A stretch of DNA of 64,000 nt from Truepera sp. (GTDB lineage: Bacteria > Deinococcota > Deinococci > Deinococcales > Trueperaceae), in assembly GCA_965218435.1 (NCBI GenBank), contig CBDCKW010000005.1, positions 160,001-224,000 of the forward strand. The letters are read 5' to 3'. The translations under genes were made by a program, and so were the position numbers. The notes under the pieces are model-generated. The model was given only the letters and a program-made list of their open reading frames with translations, was not told the origin of the DNA and ran no database searches. Positions 39,754-51,156 of this stretch are shown here, piece by piece (positions within the stretch are counted from its first letter, which is position 1; each line of letters opens with the position of its first letter).

Positions 39754-40870
39754 ATGGTAGCAATAACCCAAGCAGCGCAAGACAACACCGTTTTGTTCCA
39801 GCTCACCGGGGTCGGAGTGGTCGAGACCAATATGGCAAGCGGGCGGCTGGTGCGGGCGAACCGGACGTTTTGCGAGCTGGTCGGCTACAGCGAGACCGAG
39901 TTAAAAAAGATGAGCTACCTCGAGCTGACGCACCCCGACGACTGAGCGCGAGACGCTGAGCGTTTTGCGGCGCTGGGTCGGGCGAAAACCGGAGCGGAGA
40001 GTCGCTGACCCGCATATGCCGTAAGGACGGCGCAACCGTGTGGCTCGAGCTGCACGTCACGGTGCTGGGCGAGGAGCCGGGGGTGCGCAATCTAACGGTG
40101 GCCAGCGACGTGACCAAGCGCAAGCGGGCAGAAGACGTAATCAGGGACTGAACGAGACCCTCGAAGCGCGGGTCAAAGCCCGTACTGACGAGCTGGCGCG
40201 GAGCAACATCCGCTTTTCCCAGGCGTTCCACGCCAACCCCATCCCCGCTTGCATGACGACGTTGGGCGAGGAGACCTTCGTCGAGGTCAACGACGCTTTC
40301 TGCGCCCTGACCGGCTATACAAAAGGCAAGGCGGTAGGCAGAACTAGCCGCGAGCTGAGGATGTGGTCGTCACCCGAGGACCGGAAGAAGCTCGGCGCGG
40401 TGCAACAGGGCGGCTTAGGCTTTCGCAATCTCGAGCTAGGGCTGAGGGTCAAGGACGGCGGCGACCGCACCGTGCTGATGTCCGCCGAGGTCATCCGGCT
40501 CGGTGGCCATAAAGGGTTTCTTAGAATGTTCTTCGACGTGACCGAGCAGCGGCGCACCCAGGAGCAGACACACCAAGCGATCCAGGAGGTGCTGAGCGAC
40601 ACGAACTGGTTCAGCCAGCGGGTGATGGAGCGGCTGGCCCACATTAGAACAGGAAGCGCCACGGCGTTCGAGGCCACCGAGCTGTCTAAACGCGAGCGGG
40701 CGGTGCTGGAGCTGCTCGCCGGAGGTTTGAACAACGCCGCCATCGCTGCCGAGCTGGGTCTCGCCGCACAAACAGTCCGTAACTACGTCGCGACGATCTA
40801 TGACAAGCTTGAGGTGCACTCGCGTACCGAGGCGGTCGTCTGGGCTCGGGAGCGGGGCATCGTCAGCTAA
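39754..40870 (+). pseudogene. PAS-domain LuxR-family regulator, disrupted
   Basis: PAS ...LTHPDD* at 39945, further breaks, intact C-terminal LuxR HTH (TVRNYVATIYDKL). Confidence 0.8.
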
Positions 40871-41085
40871 GGGCTCTGCCACCCAGCCGCCAACACCACT
40901 GCGAGGTCGTGAGGGGTCAGCGTGGCGTAAAAGTCGTTGCGTGGGCAGTCTAGTAGCAAGAGCAGTTCCCCCTTGTCTATAGCCTCAGCTTTGATTTCAA
41001 CCAGCCGGACCTCGAACACGCTGCCGCACTCGGGGCAATGCGGCGGCCACAATACGTTTTTGTCGGGTTTGTTTGTCCGTTCCAT
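40867..41085 (-). CDS. Small hypothetical protein (CPEC...CP)
   Basis: ORF with AAGGGTAAG Shine-Dalgarno-like upstream sequence and a Cys motif. Confidence 0.45.
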   Translation of the reverse strand: MERTNKPDKNVLWPPHCPECGSVFEVRLVEIKAEAIDKGELLLLLDCPRNDFYATLTPHDLAVVLAAGWQSP

Positions 41086-42083
41086 GATCCTTACCCTTTG
41101 GTCATTCAGCTTAGGCGTATGAATCAGCGGTAAATGCAAGCACACCGCGAAATCGGCAACGGTAGGTCAAAGGACAGTTCTACGGAGCAACCCGTTAAGG
41201 CAAAGGCTTAGTGAGGTTTCCGTCGTCTGACAACTTTAGTTCTTATTGGCTCCCCTTAAGGACAAAGCAAAACCCCAGCTTAAGGCTGGGATCAACGGTT
41301 TTATTTAAGTGAACTCTTTACGCCATCAGATCAGGCCTATAGCTGCCTCTTGCACGGCGTCGTCTATGTCCTCTTCCTTAATGGGATGGTCATCAGCTAC
41401 GAACTCCGTATCGTCTTGGCGCACCTCCTCGCTCACCCACCAAGGCGACGTATAGCGAAAAGACGAGTTACCGTCCTTAAGCAACGTTCCCCACATGAAT
41501 TATGTCTCCCATGTTAACTTTAGCGGCAAGGCACAGCCGAAAATATGGCTAAAAGCAACAAAATGGTCCACTTTATTGCCAAGCGACTACTTTTATACTT
41601 TTCAAGAAGGTACTGGGTTCCCCACTGAGCAAGTCGCTTAGCACTTCAGAAAACATCTTTGTTCGTAGTTAGACGTTTGTCACCTTGAGAAGGCTTGTTT
41701 TCAAACCCAGACTACTTTCTGAAGCGCCCTTAAACGCTTTCTGTCTGCTTTAACCCGTCTCTTGAATGGCATTCTGTTATCTGCACGGGGCAGCCCGACA
41801 CGCCCGAGACCTCTCTGGATACGGTCACAGAAAAGCTCCTATCTCACCTCAGTGTTCCACTATGGGGCGCTTTTCCCCTTTTGCATAAACAGAAAACGGT
41901 GGCCGCCAGATGCTCGACCAAAATGGAGCATAACTTTAATTGCACCCATTACTACGGTTTATAGCCTATGATACCACCTACGTTACGGATAGCTTCAGCC
42001 CATCATAAATGCTGGCGAAGTACAAGGAGGTAAGACCATGCTTAAAGACCATCCTGTTGAAGTTATTCTGTTGGCGACCGACC

Positions 42084-42124
42084 TAGAGCTTGTTATGAAC
42101 CTTCAAGGTTCATAACAAGCTCTA
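42084..42124. repeat. Perfect 41-bp palindrome
   Basis: TAGAGCTTGTTATGAACCTT-C-AAGGTTCATAACAAGCTCTA. Confidence 0.9.
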
Positions 42125-42181
42125 AACAAGGTAAAACGAACAAAGGTTTGTCTTTTGAAGACGTCTCGCCTTTCGCGGCGT

Positions 42182-42931
42182 TTATAGCAGCGGCCGTCCT
42201 CCGTCAACTGGTATCACGCAGCCTGTAGAGAAGGTCAAGCTGCTCGCCACCGCTAAAACCGCTCGCGCTACGTCGTCGGCTTTAGCGACGCGCCCGAGTG
42301 GTGACTTTCGGATTTGCTCTTCGATCATCTCAGACGGCATCCGGTTAGCGTACTCGCCCAGCACCCATCCCGGCGCGACCGAAACTACCCGGATGTCGGG
42401 GGCGAGTACTCTCGCCAGCGAGCGCGTCACTGAGTCGAGCGCGGCTTTAGAAGCGCAGTAGGCCACGTTGCTACCTACCCCAGTGCGTCCGGCGATCGAT
42501 GAAATGTTGACGATGAGTCCGTCGTTAGATCGATACAGCAAATCTTTGAACGCCCGCACCGTTGCCAGCGCGCCCCGCACATTCACACGAAAAATAGTGT
42601 CGATAAGCTCATCGTTCAGACTTTCTAGGTCGTCATGCGGTACGGGCTGAGTAATACCAGCGTTGTTGACCAAGATATCGAGCTTGCCATAACGCGCTTT
42701 GACCTGCTCGGAGAGGGCGCTCAAGGTAGCACTGTCGTCTACAACGGCGTACGCGCTCAAATGGCCTTCGCCGTTCAAGCTTCCTGTCAACTGCTGCGCT
42801 TCGGCCTCGCTGCTACGGTAGGTCACTATGACCTGCGCTCCCGCTGTCGCAAGGTAACGGCATAGTACGGAGCCAATACCGCCAGTTGCCCCGGTAACGA
42901 GGGCAACTTTGTGCTCGAGGGGCGCAGTCAT
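42182..42931 (-). CDS. SDR oxidoreductase
   Basis: TGATGGIG, NNAG, YCASK. Confidence 0.9.
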   Translation of the reverse strand: MTAPLEHKVALVTGATGGIGSVLCRYLATAGAQVIVTYRSSEAEAQQLTGSLNGEGHLSAYAVVDDSATLSALSEQVKARYGKLDILVNNAGITQPVPHDDLESLNDELIDTIFRVNVRGALATVRAFKDLLYRSNDGLIVNISSIAGRTGVGSNVAYCASKAALDSVTRSLARVLAPDIRVVSVAPGWVLGEYANRMPSEMIEEQIRKSPLGRVAKADDVARAVLAVASSLTFSTGCVIPVDGGRPLL

Positions 42932-43027
42932 AAGGTAGGCAAAAGAGTTGGGAGGGCAAAGGGTGAGACAGTCAACTTGGGAGCACTTATCCCTTTGCTC
43001 TCTTTCTCGCTTACGCTTCTTCTCTCC

Positions 43028-44311
43028 CTAAATCTCACGCTGCCCGCCGTACCGCTCTACCCGTAATGTCGCCTGCCGCTTATGACCCATAAACCCTTCG
43101 ATGTCGCAAATCTTCTCGCAGTTCTGACCAATAAGCACGCTCGCTTCTGGGGTACACCGTTGGTAAGTGACCGTTTTCAAAAACTTGCCGACCCATAGCC
43201 CGCCCGTATAACGGGCAGCTTTGTTCGTTGGCAAAATGTGGTTGGTACCGCTGGCTTTATCACCGTAAGCGACGTTCGTTTCGGTACCCAAGAAGAGAGA
43301 ACCGTAGTTGGTCAGATGCGTTAAGAAGTAGTTAGGGTCTCTAGTTAATACCTCGACATGCTCGCTGGCGAGGCGGTTGGCTTCTTGCACGAGTTCTTCA
43401 TCGGTGTCGACCAAGATAATTTGGCCGTAGTCTTGCCAGGCTTGTCCGGCAACGTCGGCTGTTGGGAGCGTTTTGAGCTGACGCTCGATCTCCGTTTGGA
43501 TGGCGTTCGCCAGGGCTTTGCTGCTCGTTAAAAGAACGGCGGGCGAGTTCGGGCCATGCTCGGCTTGACCTAAAAGGTCGGTAGCGACCATCTCCGCGTC
43601 GGCACTTTCGTCGGCGATTACTAGAATCTCGGTCGGCCCAGCTAGAAGATCTATTCCTACACGCCCGAAAAGTTGCCGCTTCGCCTCGGCGACGAAAGCG
43701 TTGCCAGGGCCGACTAGAAAGTCAACGGGATCGATGGTCTCGGTACCTAGCGCCATTGCTGCGAGTGCCTGCACCCCGCCTAGGACATAGATTTCGTCGG
43801 CTCCGGCAAGCGCCATCGTGGCCACGGTAGCGGGGTAAAGCTTGCCGGCTTTTGGCGGGGTACACGCGACGACGCGCGCTACACCAGCGGCTTTGGCGGT
43901 TGCAACGCTCATGATAGCCGACGCCACCATCGGGTAACGACCACCAGGAACGTAGCAGCCCACCGCGTTCACAGGGATATTTTTGTGACCCAAGGTGACG
44001 CCGGGGTAGGTTTCGACCTCGAGGTCTCGAATTGATGCTCGTTGCGCCTTAGCAAAGGTGCGTACCTGCTCCAGAGAGAATTTGATCGCTGCTAGCTCGT
44101 TTTCTGAAACTTGTGTTATCGCCGCGTCAATTTCTTGTTGCGACAAGCGGAAGCTATGCGGCGTATAAGCGTCGAACTTTTCCGATAGGTCATATACCGC
44201 TGCGTCACCGCGTTCTTTAACGTCCTTGAGGAGCGCTTTGACCTTTTCTTGCACCTCGTCGCTAAGTTGCTCAAGCGCGTCTGCGTCCATCCCTCTTTTA
44301 ACGTACCTCAC
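43028..44311 (-). CDS. Histidinol dehydrogenase-family protein (HpsN-like paralogue)
   Basis: [39 protein letters not shown]; no his operon context. Confidence 0.85.
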   Translation of the reverse strand: MRYVKRGMDADALEQLSDEVQEKVKALLKDVKERGDAAVYDLSEKFDAYTPHSFRLSQQEIDAAITQVSENELAAIKFSLEQVRTFAKAQRASIRDLEVETYPGVTLGHKNIPVNAVGCYVPGGRYPMVASAIMSVATAKAAGVARVVACTPPKAGKLYPATVATMALAGADEIYVLGGVQALAAMALGTETIDPVDFLVGPGNAFVAEAKRQLFGRVGIDLLAGPTEILVIADESADAEMVATDLLGQAEHGPNSPAVLLTSSKALANAIQTEIERQLKTLPTADVAGQAWQDYGQIILVDTDEELVQEANRLASEHVEVLTRDPNYFLTHLTNYGSLFLGTETNVAYGDKASGTNHILPTNKAARYTGGLWVGKFLKTVTYQRCTPEASVLIGQNCEKICDIEGFMGHKRQATLRVERYGGQREI

Positions 44312-44897
44312 TGTGTTACCTCCTTAAAGGTTAGGTATTAACGAAACTTGTCGACCTCGAGTACCAGCGGTACAGAAGCCGAGAGTAGGACTTGAAGATA
44401 TACCCATCGTAACCGGGTTTCGGAGCCAGTCTACCCAAAGCGAATACCTTACCGTTTGCAAGGCCGAATAAAGCGACCAGTCACGCGATCAGAAAACAGT
44501 ACGTGAGTTAAATCTGCTTACATCTCTTTCTTACCTCCATTGTCTTGGCAATCAATTTTCTCGAGCGACCTTACTCAAGTGTTTGATCGACCTTTCATAT
44601 GCTTGACGTGCCGTCCTCAATATGCTAACTTTATCGAGAACAATTTTGTTATTTGTTGTTACATTTTGGTCACAAGTTGTGGCTTTTTGTCTCGATCTTG
44701 CATAAAGCCGAACCGCTTTACATCTGTAGAGTGTTTGAGGAGTTGAAATATGCCGAGATAGAACGCAATACCTAGTCGCTGTTTGGTGTATGTATAATCT
44801 ATAAACCCAAACACACGTAAACCTGGATATGTAATAAGCTGTCTGCCTTGCGAAAGTTTCTAGCCTGGCTGGGCGTCGCTTGACGAAAGGGAAAAGT

Positions 44898-46199
44898 ATG
44901 ATGCAAAAGATTCTGTCCCAGTATATGTTAGTCGTTTTGGGTTTTATTTATCTTCAACCGCTTGTTCTGGCCCAAGACGCTTTGGGGGACATTACCCCGA
45001 CGGATGAGAACGTAACCTTGCGCTTTTCCATGCTGCAAGACCCCGGCGAGGAGGGGAACGTCCAAAAGTTTATCGACGCTTTCAATGAAAAGTACCCGAA
45101 TATCAAGGTGGTGCTCGAACCTATCAGCGGTGAATACGAACAGCGCCTCATCTTGCAGGCGGCCTCACGTACTCTGCCCGACCTCTTCTGGGCTTCCGAC
45201 CAGGGCGTGCAGGTACTGGGCGATAAGAACCTGATGCTCGACCTAGACCCTTACATCGCCGCGTCGGGTCTCGATACGAGTAACTTCTATCAGTCGATGC
45301 TCGACCTCGGCAAAGTGAATGGTACCCAGTACATGCTGCCGCGCGACTACAATCATCTGGTAACTTTTTATAACGCCGATATGTTCAAAGAGGCCGGGGT
45401 TCCGCTCCCCAAGGACGGCTGGACGTGGCAAGAATTCGTAGACGCAGCCAAGGCTCTTACTAAAAAAGATGCGAAGGGTGCAACCACGCAGTACGGCGTC
45501 GACGGCAGCAACTTCAACTGGTGGGCTATCGTCGTTCCGGCTATTCGTGGTTTCGGCGGTGAGGTGGTGACTGAAGACGGTGAAATCGTCGTCGATTCGC
45601 CCGAGGCGGCGGCGGGCGTCGAAGCGCTCTACAAGCTTGTACAAGAGGGTGTAGCGACCAACTTTGCCGAAAGTGACCCGGAAACCTTCATCAACGGGCA
45701 GACCGCGATGTGGTTTCATGTACGCCCCTTGGTACAAGTCGTTAACGAAAACGCAGAGGGCAAGTTCGACTGGAACGTCGCTACTTTTCCGGCGTTCCCC
45801 AACGAGCACCGCGTCGGTACCGGTACGAGTGGCTACGGCATCTATGCGGGTACCGAGCACCCCAACGAAGCCTGGGCGCTCCTCAACTTTATCGTGAGCG
45901 AAGAAGGCCAGCGCATCTTCAGCAGCACGGGTAACGCTGTCCCCGTGCTCAAGTCTTTAGCCGATGACCCGGTATGGACGAGCGTACCCAAAGAAGGCCT
46001 CGACTACGAGGCGTTTACGCTCTACCCAGAAGCGGATACCCTGCCGCTCGAGCCGCGCCTCCCCGCCGGAGCCGCTGGAGCCGTCAATACCGCCAGAGAT
46101 ACCCTGATGGAAAGCGTCATGCTCGGCACCACCACCCCCGCAGAGATGGTCTCGAGCTGGGCAGAAGAGATTCAGCAGGCCGTTCAGCAGGCACAGTAA
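44898..46199 (+). CDS. Sugar ABC substrate-binding protein
   Basis: Signal peptide (VLA-Q), FYNADMF, WTWQEF. Confidence 0.9.
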   Translation: MMQKILSQYMLVVLGFIYLQPLVLAQDALGDITPTDENVTLRFSMLQDPGEEGNVQKFIDAFNEKYPNIKVVLEPISGEYEQRLILQAASRTLPDLFWASDQGVQVLGDKNLMLDLDPYIAASGLDTSNFYQSMLDLGKVNGTQYMLPRDYNHLVTFYNADMFKEAGVPLPKDGWTWQEFVDAAKALTKKDAKGATTQYGVDGSNFNWWAIVVPAIRGFGGEVVTEDGEIVVDSPEAAAGVEALYKLVQEGVATNFAESDPETFINGQTAMWFHVRPLVQVVNENAEGKFDWNVATFPAFPNEHRVGTGTSGYGIYAGTEHPNEAWALLNFIVSEEGQRIFSSTGNAVPVLKSLADDPVWTSVPKEGLDYEAFTLYPEADTLPLEPRLPAGAAGAVNTARDTLMESVMLGTTTPAEMVSSWAEEIQQAVQQAQ

Positions 46200-46209
46200 G
46201 GGGTAGGCA

Positions 46210-47121
46210 GTGGTCGATGAGCGCAATCGTTCGCTACCCTCGAGGCGAAAGGTGCAGGGTTGGTTGACCGGTTATCTGTTCGTACTACCGGTCATCCTCG
46301 GCCTCGTTTTTTTCACCATGGGGCCGATGCTCCTGTCGCTCTATTACAGCTTTACGAGTTACGACATCCTTTCGCCGCCGAAGTGGACGGGTCTGGAAAA
46401 CTTTCGCAGGCTGTTCGCAGACGACACCTTCTGGATCAGCCTGCGCGTTACCTTTCGTTACGCGCTTATTTCGGTACCGCTCAGTCTGATCTTGTCGGGC
46501 CTGCTGTCGATCTTGCTCCTCCGCCCTTTGCGCGGAATTTCTATCTACCGGGCGATTTTTTATATCCCCGTGGTAGTACCGCCGGTCGCCACCGCCATCC
46601 TCTTCGCCGACCTGTACAGCGTGCGCTACGGGATCGCCAACTACCTGTTACGTTCGCTCGGGCTCCCCGAATACACCTGGGTAAGCCGTCCGGAAACGGC
46701 GCTGAACGCCCTTATCGTCATGAGTCTGTGGGGTATCGGGGCAAGCACGATTATCTGGCTTGCCGGGCTGCAGTCGATTCCCGGCAGCCTCTACGACGCC
46801 GCCAAGGTGGACGGGGCGAGTCCTCTCAGGCGCTTCTGGCACGTCACGGTGCCGATGCTCACCCCGGTTATCTTTTTCAACCTGGTGATTGGGGTGATTA
46901 CCAGTTTGCAGACCTTTATTCAGGTCTTTGTGCTCACCGCCGGTGGGCCAGCGAACTCAACGCTTTTTATCGTGCTCAAAATCTACCAGGAGGGCTTTCA
47001 AAACTTTCAGATGGGCTACGCCTCGGCTATCGCCTGGGTGTTCTTCGTGATTATCTTGCTGCTGACGGTGCTCATTTTCCGTACCAGCGGCTGGGTTTAT
47101 TACGAGGGTGAGACACGCTGA
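46210..47121 (+). CDS. Sugar ABC permease
   Basis: LYDAAKVDGA (EAA loop). Confidence 0.92.
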   Translation: MVDERNRSLPSRRKVQGWLTGYLFVLPVILGLVFFTMGPMLLSLYYSFTSYDILSPPKWTGLENFRRLFADDTFWISLRVTFRYALISVPLSLILSGLLSILLLRPLRGISIYRAIFYIPVVVPPVATAILFADLYSVRYGIANYLLRSLGLPEYTWVSRPETALNALIVMSLWGIGASTIIWLAGLQSIPGSLYDAAKVDGASPLRRFWHVTVPMLTPVIFFNLVIGVITSLQTFIQVFVLTAGGPANSTLFIVLKIYQEGFQNFQMGYASAIAWVFFVIILLLTVLIFRTSGWVYYEGETR

Positions 47122-48005
47122 TGGCGACGGCAACGTCCGGCACGCTGACCGGCAACCGCTGGAGTTCGATGAGCGGGCAAAAGCGGCTTTCGGCGATCCT
47201 CATCTACGTTGCGCTCACAGCGCTGGCTTTGGTCTTTTTGTTTCCGCTTTTTTACCTAATGTCGCGCTCGCTCATGAGCCCCGGCGAGATCAATACGCTG
47301 CCGCCCAAAGTGCTGCCTGAAACGCCGCAGTGGTCGAACTACTCGGTGGCGTGGAACCGCGCCCCGTTCTGGCGGTTTTTGTTTAACAGCGCTGTTATCG
47401 TCGGTTTGCAAGTGATCGGTACGGTCTCGTCGGCGGCTCTGTGCGGCTATGGGTTTGCCAGACTCAGGTTTCCGGGACGCAATGTGCTCTTTATCCTTGT
47501 CCTCGCCACGCTCATGCTACCGAGCACGGTGACGCTCATTCCGCTCTACATCATCTTTGCCAATGTAGGCTGGCTCAATACCTTTTTGCCGCTTACGGTA
47601 CCTGCTTTTTTCGGCGGCGGGGCGTTCAACATCTTTTTGTTCCGCCAGTTCTTTATGACCTTGCCCGTCGAACTCGACGAGGCTGCCATTATCGACGGAG
47701 CCAACCGCTGGCAGATTTTCACCCGCATCATCATGCCCCTGAGTGTCTCGCCCGTCGTGGTAGTCAGCACCCTAACTTTTCTCGCGGGTTGGACTGACCT
47801 CTTTGGCCCAATCATCTTTTTAGTAACACCTGAAAAGTGGACGCTCGCACAGGGACTCAACAACATTTTTCAAGGCTTTTACGGGCAGCCTCAAGTGCAG
47901 TACGTGGCGGCCCTGTCGCTCCTGCTGGTCATCCCGCCGCTGGCACTCTACGCCTTTGTGCAGCGCTATCTGCTCGAGGGCATCGCGCTAACAGGTGTGA
48001 AGTAG
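47121..48005 (+). CDS. Sugar ABC permease
   Basis: LDEAAIIDGA. Confidence 0.92.
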   Translation: MATATSGTLTGNRWSSMSGQKRLSAILIYVALTALALVFLFPLFYLMSRSLMSPGEINTLPPKVLPETPQWSNYSVAWNRAPFWRFLFNSAVIVGLQVIGTVSSAALCGYGFARLRFPGRNVLFILVLATLMLPSTVTLIPLYIIFANVGWLNTFLPLTVPAFFGGGAFNIFLFRQFFMTLPVELDEAAIIDGANRWQIFTRIIMPLSVSPVVVVSTLTFLAGWTDLFGPIIFLVTPEKWTLAQGLNNIFQGFYGQPQVQYVAALSLLLVIPPLALYAFVQRYLLEGIALTGVK

Positions 48006-48199
48006 GTTTTGGTGACGTTTTAACCTAGCTACCGTAAGGTTTGCGGGCTGGAGGGGAGAAGTAGAAAGCGAGGGGTAACGAGACTGCAGAGCGCAGGTTT
48101 TTAGGCTCACCACACGGTTAAAGCTGTCACAGACGGCAAACGTCAACACAGCCTGATAGCTGATGATTCTACACAATTTAAAAGTAAAATGACTGAAAG

Positions 48200-48997
48200 T
48201 TGTCTGGAAGGACGAGATTGTTACGGTTTGCTTACAGCACCCTGAACTGGGGAGAAACATATCCTCTAGAGGATATGTTTGCAGAGATTCACCAGGTCGG
48301 CTGGCAGGCGGTCGAAATGTTTGCGCAGCCGCTGAACTGGTTGGGACCCGTGGCGCACTGTCGGAGTCAGCTCGAGCGCGCGAATCTAACCGCAGCAACG
48401 TTTTTCGGCTCAGCCGGTTTACCGACGGACGCAACGCAGTTCACGGTGCAGCAGCGCCGTATCGACTACGCCGCCGAGTTGGGCGCTGAGGCTTACGGTC
48501 TCGTCGGGGGGAGCCGCTTGCGCTGGCGTCCTCCTACCGCCAAAGAGTACAAAGACCTGGCCCGGTTTTGTGAAGCTTTGGCAGTGTACGGGGCCGAGCA
48601 AGGTGTCGTCGTCTCGTACCACCCGCACGTCGCCTGCACCGTAGAAACCGAAGAGGAAATCGACACGCTTATGACGCAGACGCAGCGGCTCAAACTTTGT
48701 CTAGACGTTTCACACATCGCTCTGGTCGAAGAAGACCCGCTGAAGCATCTTGAAAAGTACCGCGACCGTATCGGCTACCTGCACCTGAAAGACTGGGCGA
48801 AGGGCAAGTTTGTCGAGCTGGGTGAAGGGAGTTTGGGTATCAACTTTTCTGCGTTTCTAAAACAGCTTGACGCGCAGCAGTATCCGGGCTGGGTGGTTGT
48901 AGAGCAGAGCCGCAGCGACGTTTCACCGCTGCGCAGCGCAAAGGTCAATGCCGACTATCTGCGCGGTTTGGGCTATTCATTGGGCGTAAATCCATGA
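48200..48997 (+). CDS. Sugar phosphate isomerase/epimerase (IolE-like TIM barrel); start uncertain
   Basis: YHPH, LDVSH, HLKD, VVEQ. Confidence 0.8.
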   Translation: MSGRTRLLRFAYSTLNWGETYPLEDMFAEIHQVGWQAVEMFAQPLNWLGPVAHCRSQLERANLTAATFFGSAGLPTDATQFTVQQRRIDYAAELGAEAYGLVGGSRLRWRPPTAKEYKDLARFCEALAVYGAEQGVVVSYHPHVACTVETEEEIDTLMTQTQRLKLCLDVSHIALVEEDPLKHLEKYRDRIGYLHLKDWAKGKFVELGEGSLGINFSAFLKQLDAQQYPGWVVVEQSRSDVSPLRSAKVNADYLRGLGYSLGVNP

Positions 48998-50208
48998 CTT
49001 TGGCGCTCGGTTTATGCGGCTGCGGGGGCATGGCGCGGCGTCACCTGCTGGGACTCAAGAAATTGCACGACATAGGCAGGCTCGAGTTCGAACTTATCGG
49101 CGTCGGCGACCCGGTGCAGGGACAGGGGGAAGGTGTCGCTGACCTAGCTCATGACCTGTTCGGGCGTCGCCCCCAAGTTTTTGCTAGTTTTGCCGACCTG
49201 CACCGCGCCCTGCCGCACCTGGACGCGCTCGATATCACAAGTTCGCCCGACACGCACGTCCTTATCGGGCTCGAGGCGTTCGCGGTGGGCGTTCACGTCA
49301 TGGTGGAAAAACCTATTGCCCTGACGGTTCCGCAAGGTCTACAACTCGTTCGAGCTACCGCCGACGCCGGATGCAAATTAGCCGTCGCTGAGAACTACCG
49401 CCGTGACCCTATCAACCGCCTCGCCAAGGCTCTCATCGAAGGGGATACATTAGGGCAGGTGTTTTTAGCCGTCCAAGCCTCATCAGGAGGCGGTGAACGA
49501 GTCGTCATCACGCCCTGGCGACATCAGAAAGAAACTGGCGGCATCGTGCTCGATATGGGCGTGCATTACACGGACTTGCTCGAGTTCTATCTCGGTCCTA
49601 TCGGGAGCGTGGTGGGTATGAACCGGACGGTCGACCAGCGCCGCGTAGATGCGAACGGCAGCTGGTACGCCGTCAGCGCCGAAGACCTCACGGTCGGCGT
49701 CGCGCGCTTTGAAAGCGGCGCGATTGCCAATCTGCTGCTCAACCTTGCGGGGCGCGGTGAACAACAGTTCAGCCGGATGATGTACGGCACGGGCGGGTCC
49801 TTGAGCATTCCACCCGACCGCACCGGCAAACCCTTAAAACTGGTACAACGCCGTGAAGGTCGAGATGTGGTGCTCACGGAGGAAGAGCAACTCGCCCTCA
49901 TCCCGGATTTCACGCTCGATGAGGCGACAGCGGCGCTGTTCGGCGGCGCACGGCTGACCTCCTACACCTTGCCTTGGAGCGACATCGACGCCAACCTGCT
50001 CGCCGTAGAGTACGACGATTTCGCACAGGCAATCCTTACAAACCGCGAGCCCGAAGTTTCGGGACAAGACGGGCTGCGCTCGCTCGCGCTGATGTACGGC
50101 TTTCTCGAGTCCGAACGACTCGAGCGCTTTATGCACATCGAAGAACTGCTGAGCCCCGAACCGCTTCCCTATCAACAAGAAGTTCTCGCTGCACGGAAGG
50201 CTCACTGA
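48994..50208 (+). CDS. Gfo/Idh/MocA oxidoreductase
   Basis: GCGGMA, VEKP, DMGVH. Confidence 0.88.
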   Translation: MTLALGLCGCGGMARRHLLGLKKLHDIGRLEFELIGVGDPVQGQGEGVADLAHDLFGRRPQVFASFADLHRALPHLDALDITSSPDTHVLIGLEAFAVGVHVMVEKPIALTVPQGLQLVRATADAGCKLAVAENYRRDPINRLAKALIEGDTLGQVFLAVQASSGGGERVVITPWRHQKETGGIVLDMGVHYTDLLEFYLGPIGSVVGMNRTVDQRRVDANGSWYAVSAEDLTVGVARFESGAIANLLLNLAGRGEQQFSRMMYGTGGSLSIPPDRTGKPLKLVQRREGRDVVLTEEEQLALIPDFTLDEATAALFGGARLTSYTLPWSDIDANLLAVEYDDFAQAILTNREPEVSGQDGLRSLALMYGFLESERLERFMHIEELLSPEPLPYQQEVLAARKAH

Positions 50209-51146
50209 TGTTGCCCTGGACTGACCTTATGGATTTCGGCGTCGTACACCCTCTCGTTTATCTGGAAACCCGCAGCGACGAAAGCAAGCTGCTAGGCTCG
50301 CTGCACGCCGTCGCCGCCGACCCCTGGTTCGGCGCGGTTGAAATCGCCCCGATTGAGAATCCTGCTATTGCTCGGGAGACTCGAGCCCTCCTCAGCGCCG
50401 CTGCCGTGCAGGTTGTTCACCTCCCTATCCTGCCCATTATTTTCGACAACCTCGGGTTGGGAAGCGAAGACGACAGCGCCAGGCGAGAGGCCAAGGCGCG
50501 GCTCAAAATACTTCTCGACCAGGCAATTTTTTTCGGTGCGCCCCTCGCCATGATTGCCGCACCTAAAGACCCCGGTGAAAAGGCTAGAGAGGCTACGCTC
50601 GAGCGGTTCACTCAGGACGTGCAAGACCTCTGCGACTACGCCGACGCGAACTCGAACACGCAGCGCCTCCACCTCGTTCTTGAAAACTTCGACCGGGACG
50701 TGGAGAAAAAGCGGCTCATCGGCCCCACCACCGAGGCTGCCGCGTTTGCCGATGCGGTCGCGCGCGACAATTTCGGCCTAACGATTGACCTCAGCCATTT
50801 GCCGCTGCTCAAGGAAACACCCGCAGAGGCGCTTCGCGCGGCAGCCTCTCACCTGCTCCACGTCCATATCGGTAACTGCGTCGCGGCGCATCCCGAGAGC
50901 CCGCTTTACGGCGATTTTCATCCGCGTTTCGGTCATCCCCTAGGCGTCAACGACGTGCCGGAAGTGACGGCTTTTTTGGACGAATTGCACACGCTCGACT
51001 TTTGGACTCGCGCCCGTAAACGTTTGGGCGTGACGCCCATCCTTTCAATGGAACTCAAACCCAGCGACGGGGAGAGCAGTGAGGTCATCCTCGCCAACGG
51101 CAAACGTGTGTTCGCTCGAGCCTGGGCACACTCGAGCCGAAACTGA
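50208..51146 (+). CDS. Xylose-isomerase-like TIM barrel protein
   Basis: LENFD, DLSH, HVHIGN, GDFHPRFG; ATG overlaps the upstream stop. Confidence 0.8.
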   Translation: MLPWTDLMDFGVVHPLVYLETRSDESKLLGSLHAVAADPWFGAVEIAPIENPAIARETRALLSAAAVQVVHLPILPIIFDNLGLGSEDDSARREAKARLKILLDQAIFFGAPLAMIAAPKDPGEKAREATLERFTQDVQDLCDYADANSNTQRLHLVLENFDRDVEKKRLIGPTTEAAAFADAVARDNFGLTIDLSHLPLLKETPAEALRAAASHLLHVHIGNCVAAHPESPLYGDFHPRFGHPLGVNDVPEVTAFLDELHTLDFWTRARKRLGVTPILSMELKPSDGESSEVILANGKRVFARAWAHSSRN

Positions 51147-51156
51147 CGTGTAGCTG

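Noticed and set aside
42740..42775. CGCGCTCA inside the SDR gene, and GCGCTCA in other coding regions
   Set aside because: No CGCA[T/C]AA arm at the right distance; chance matches.
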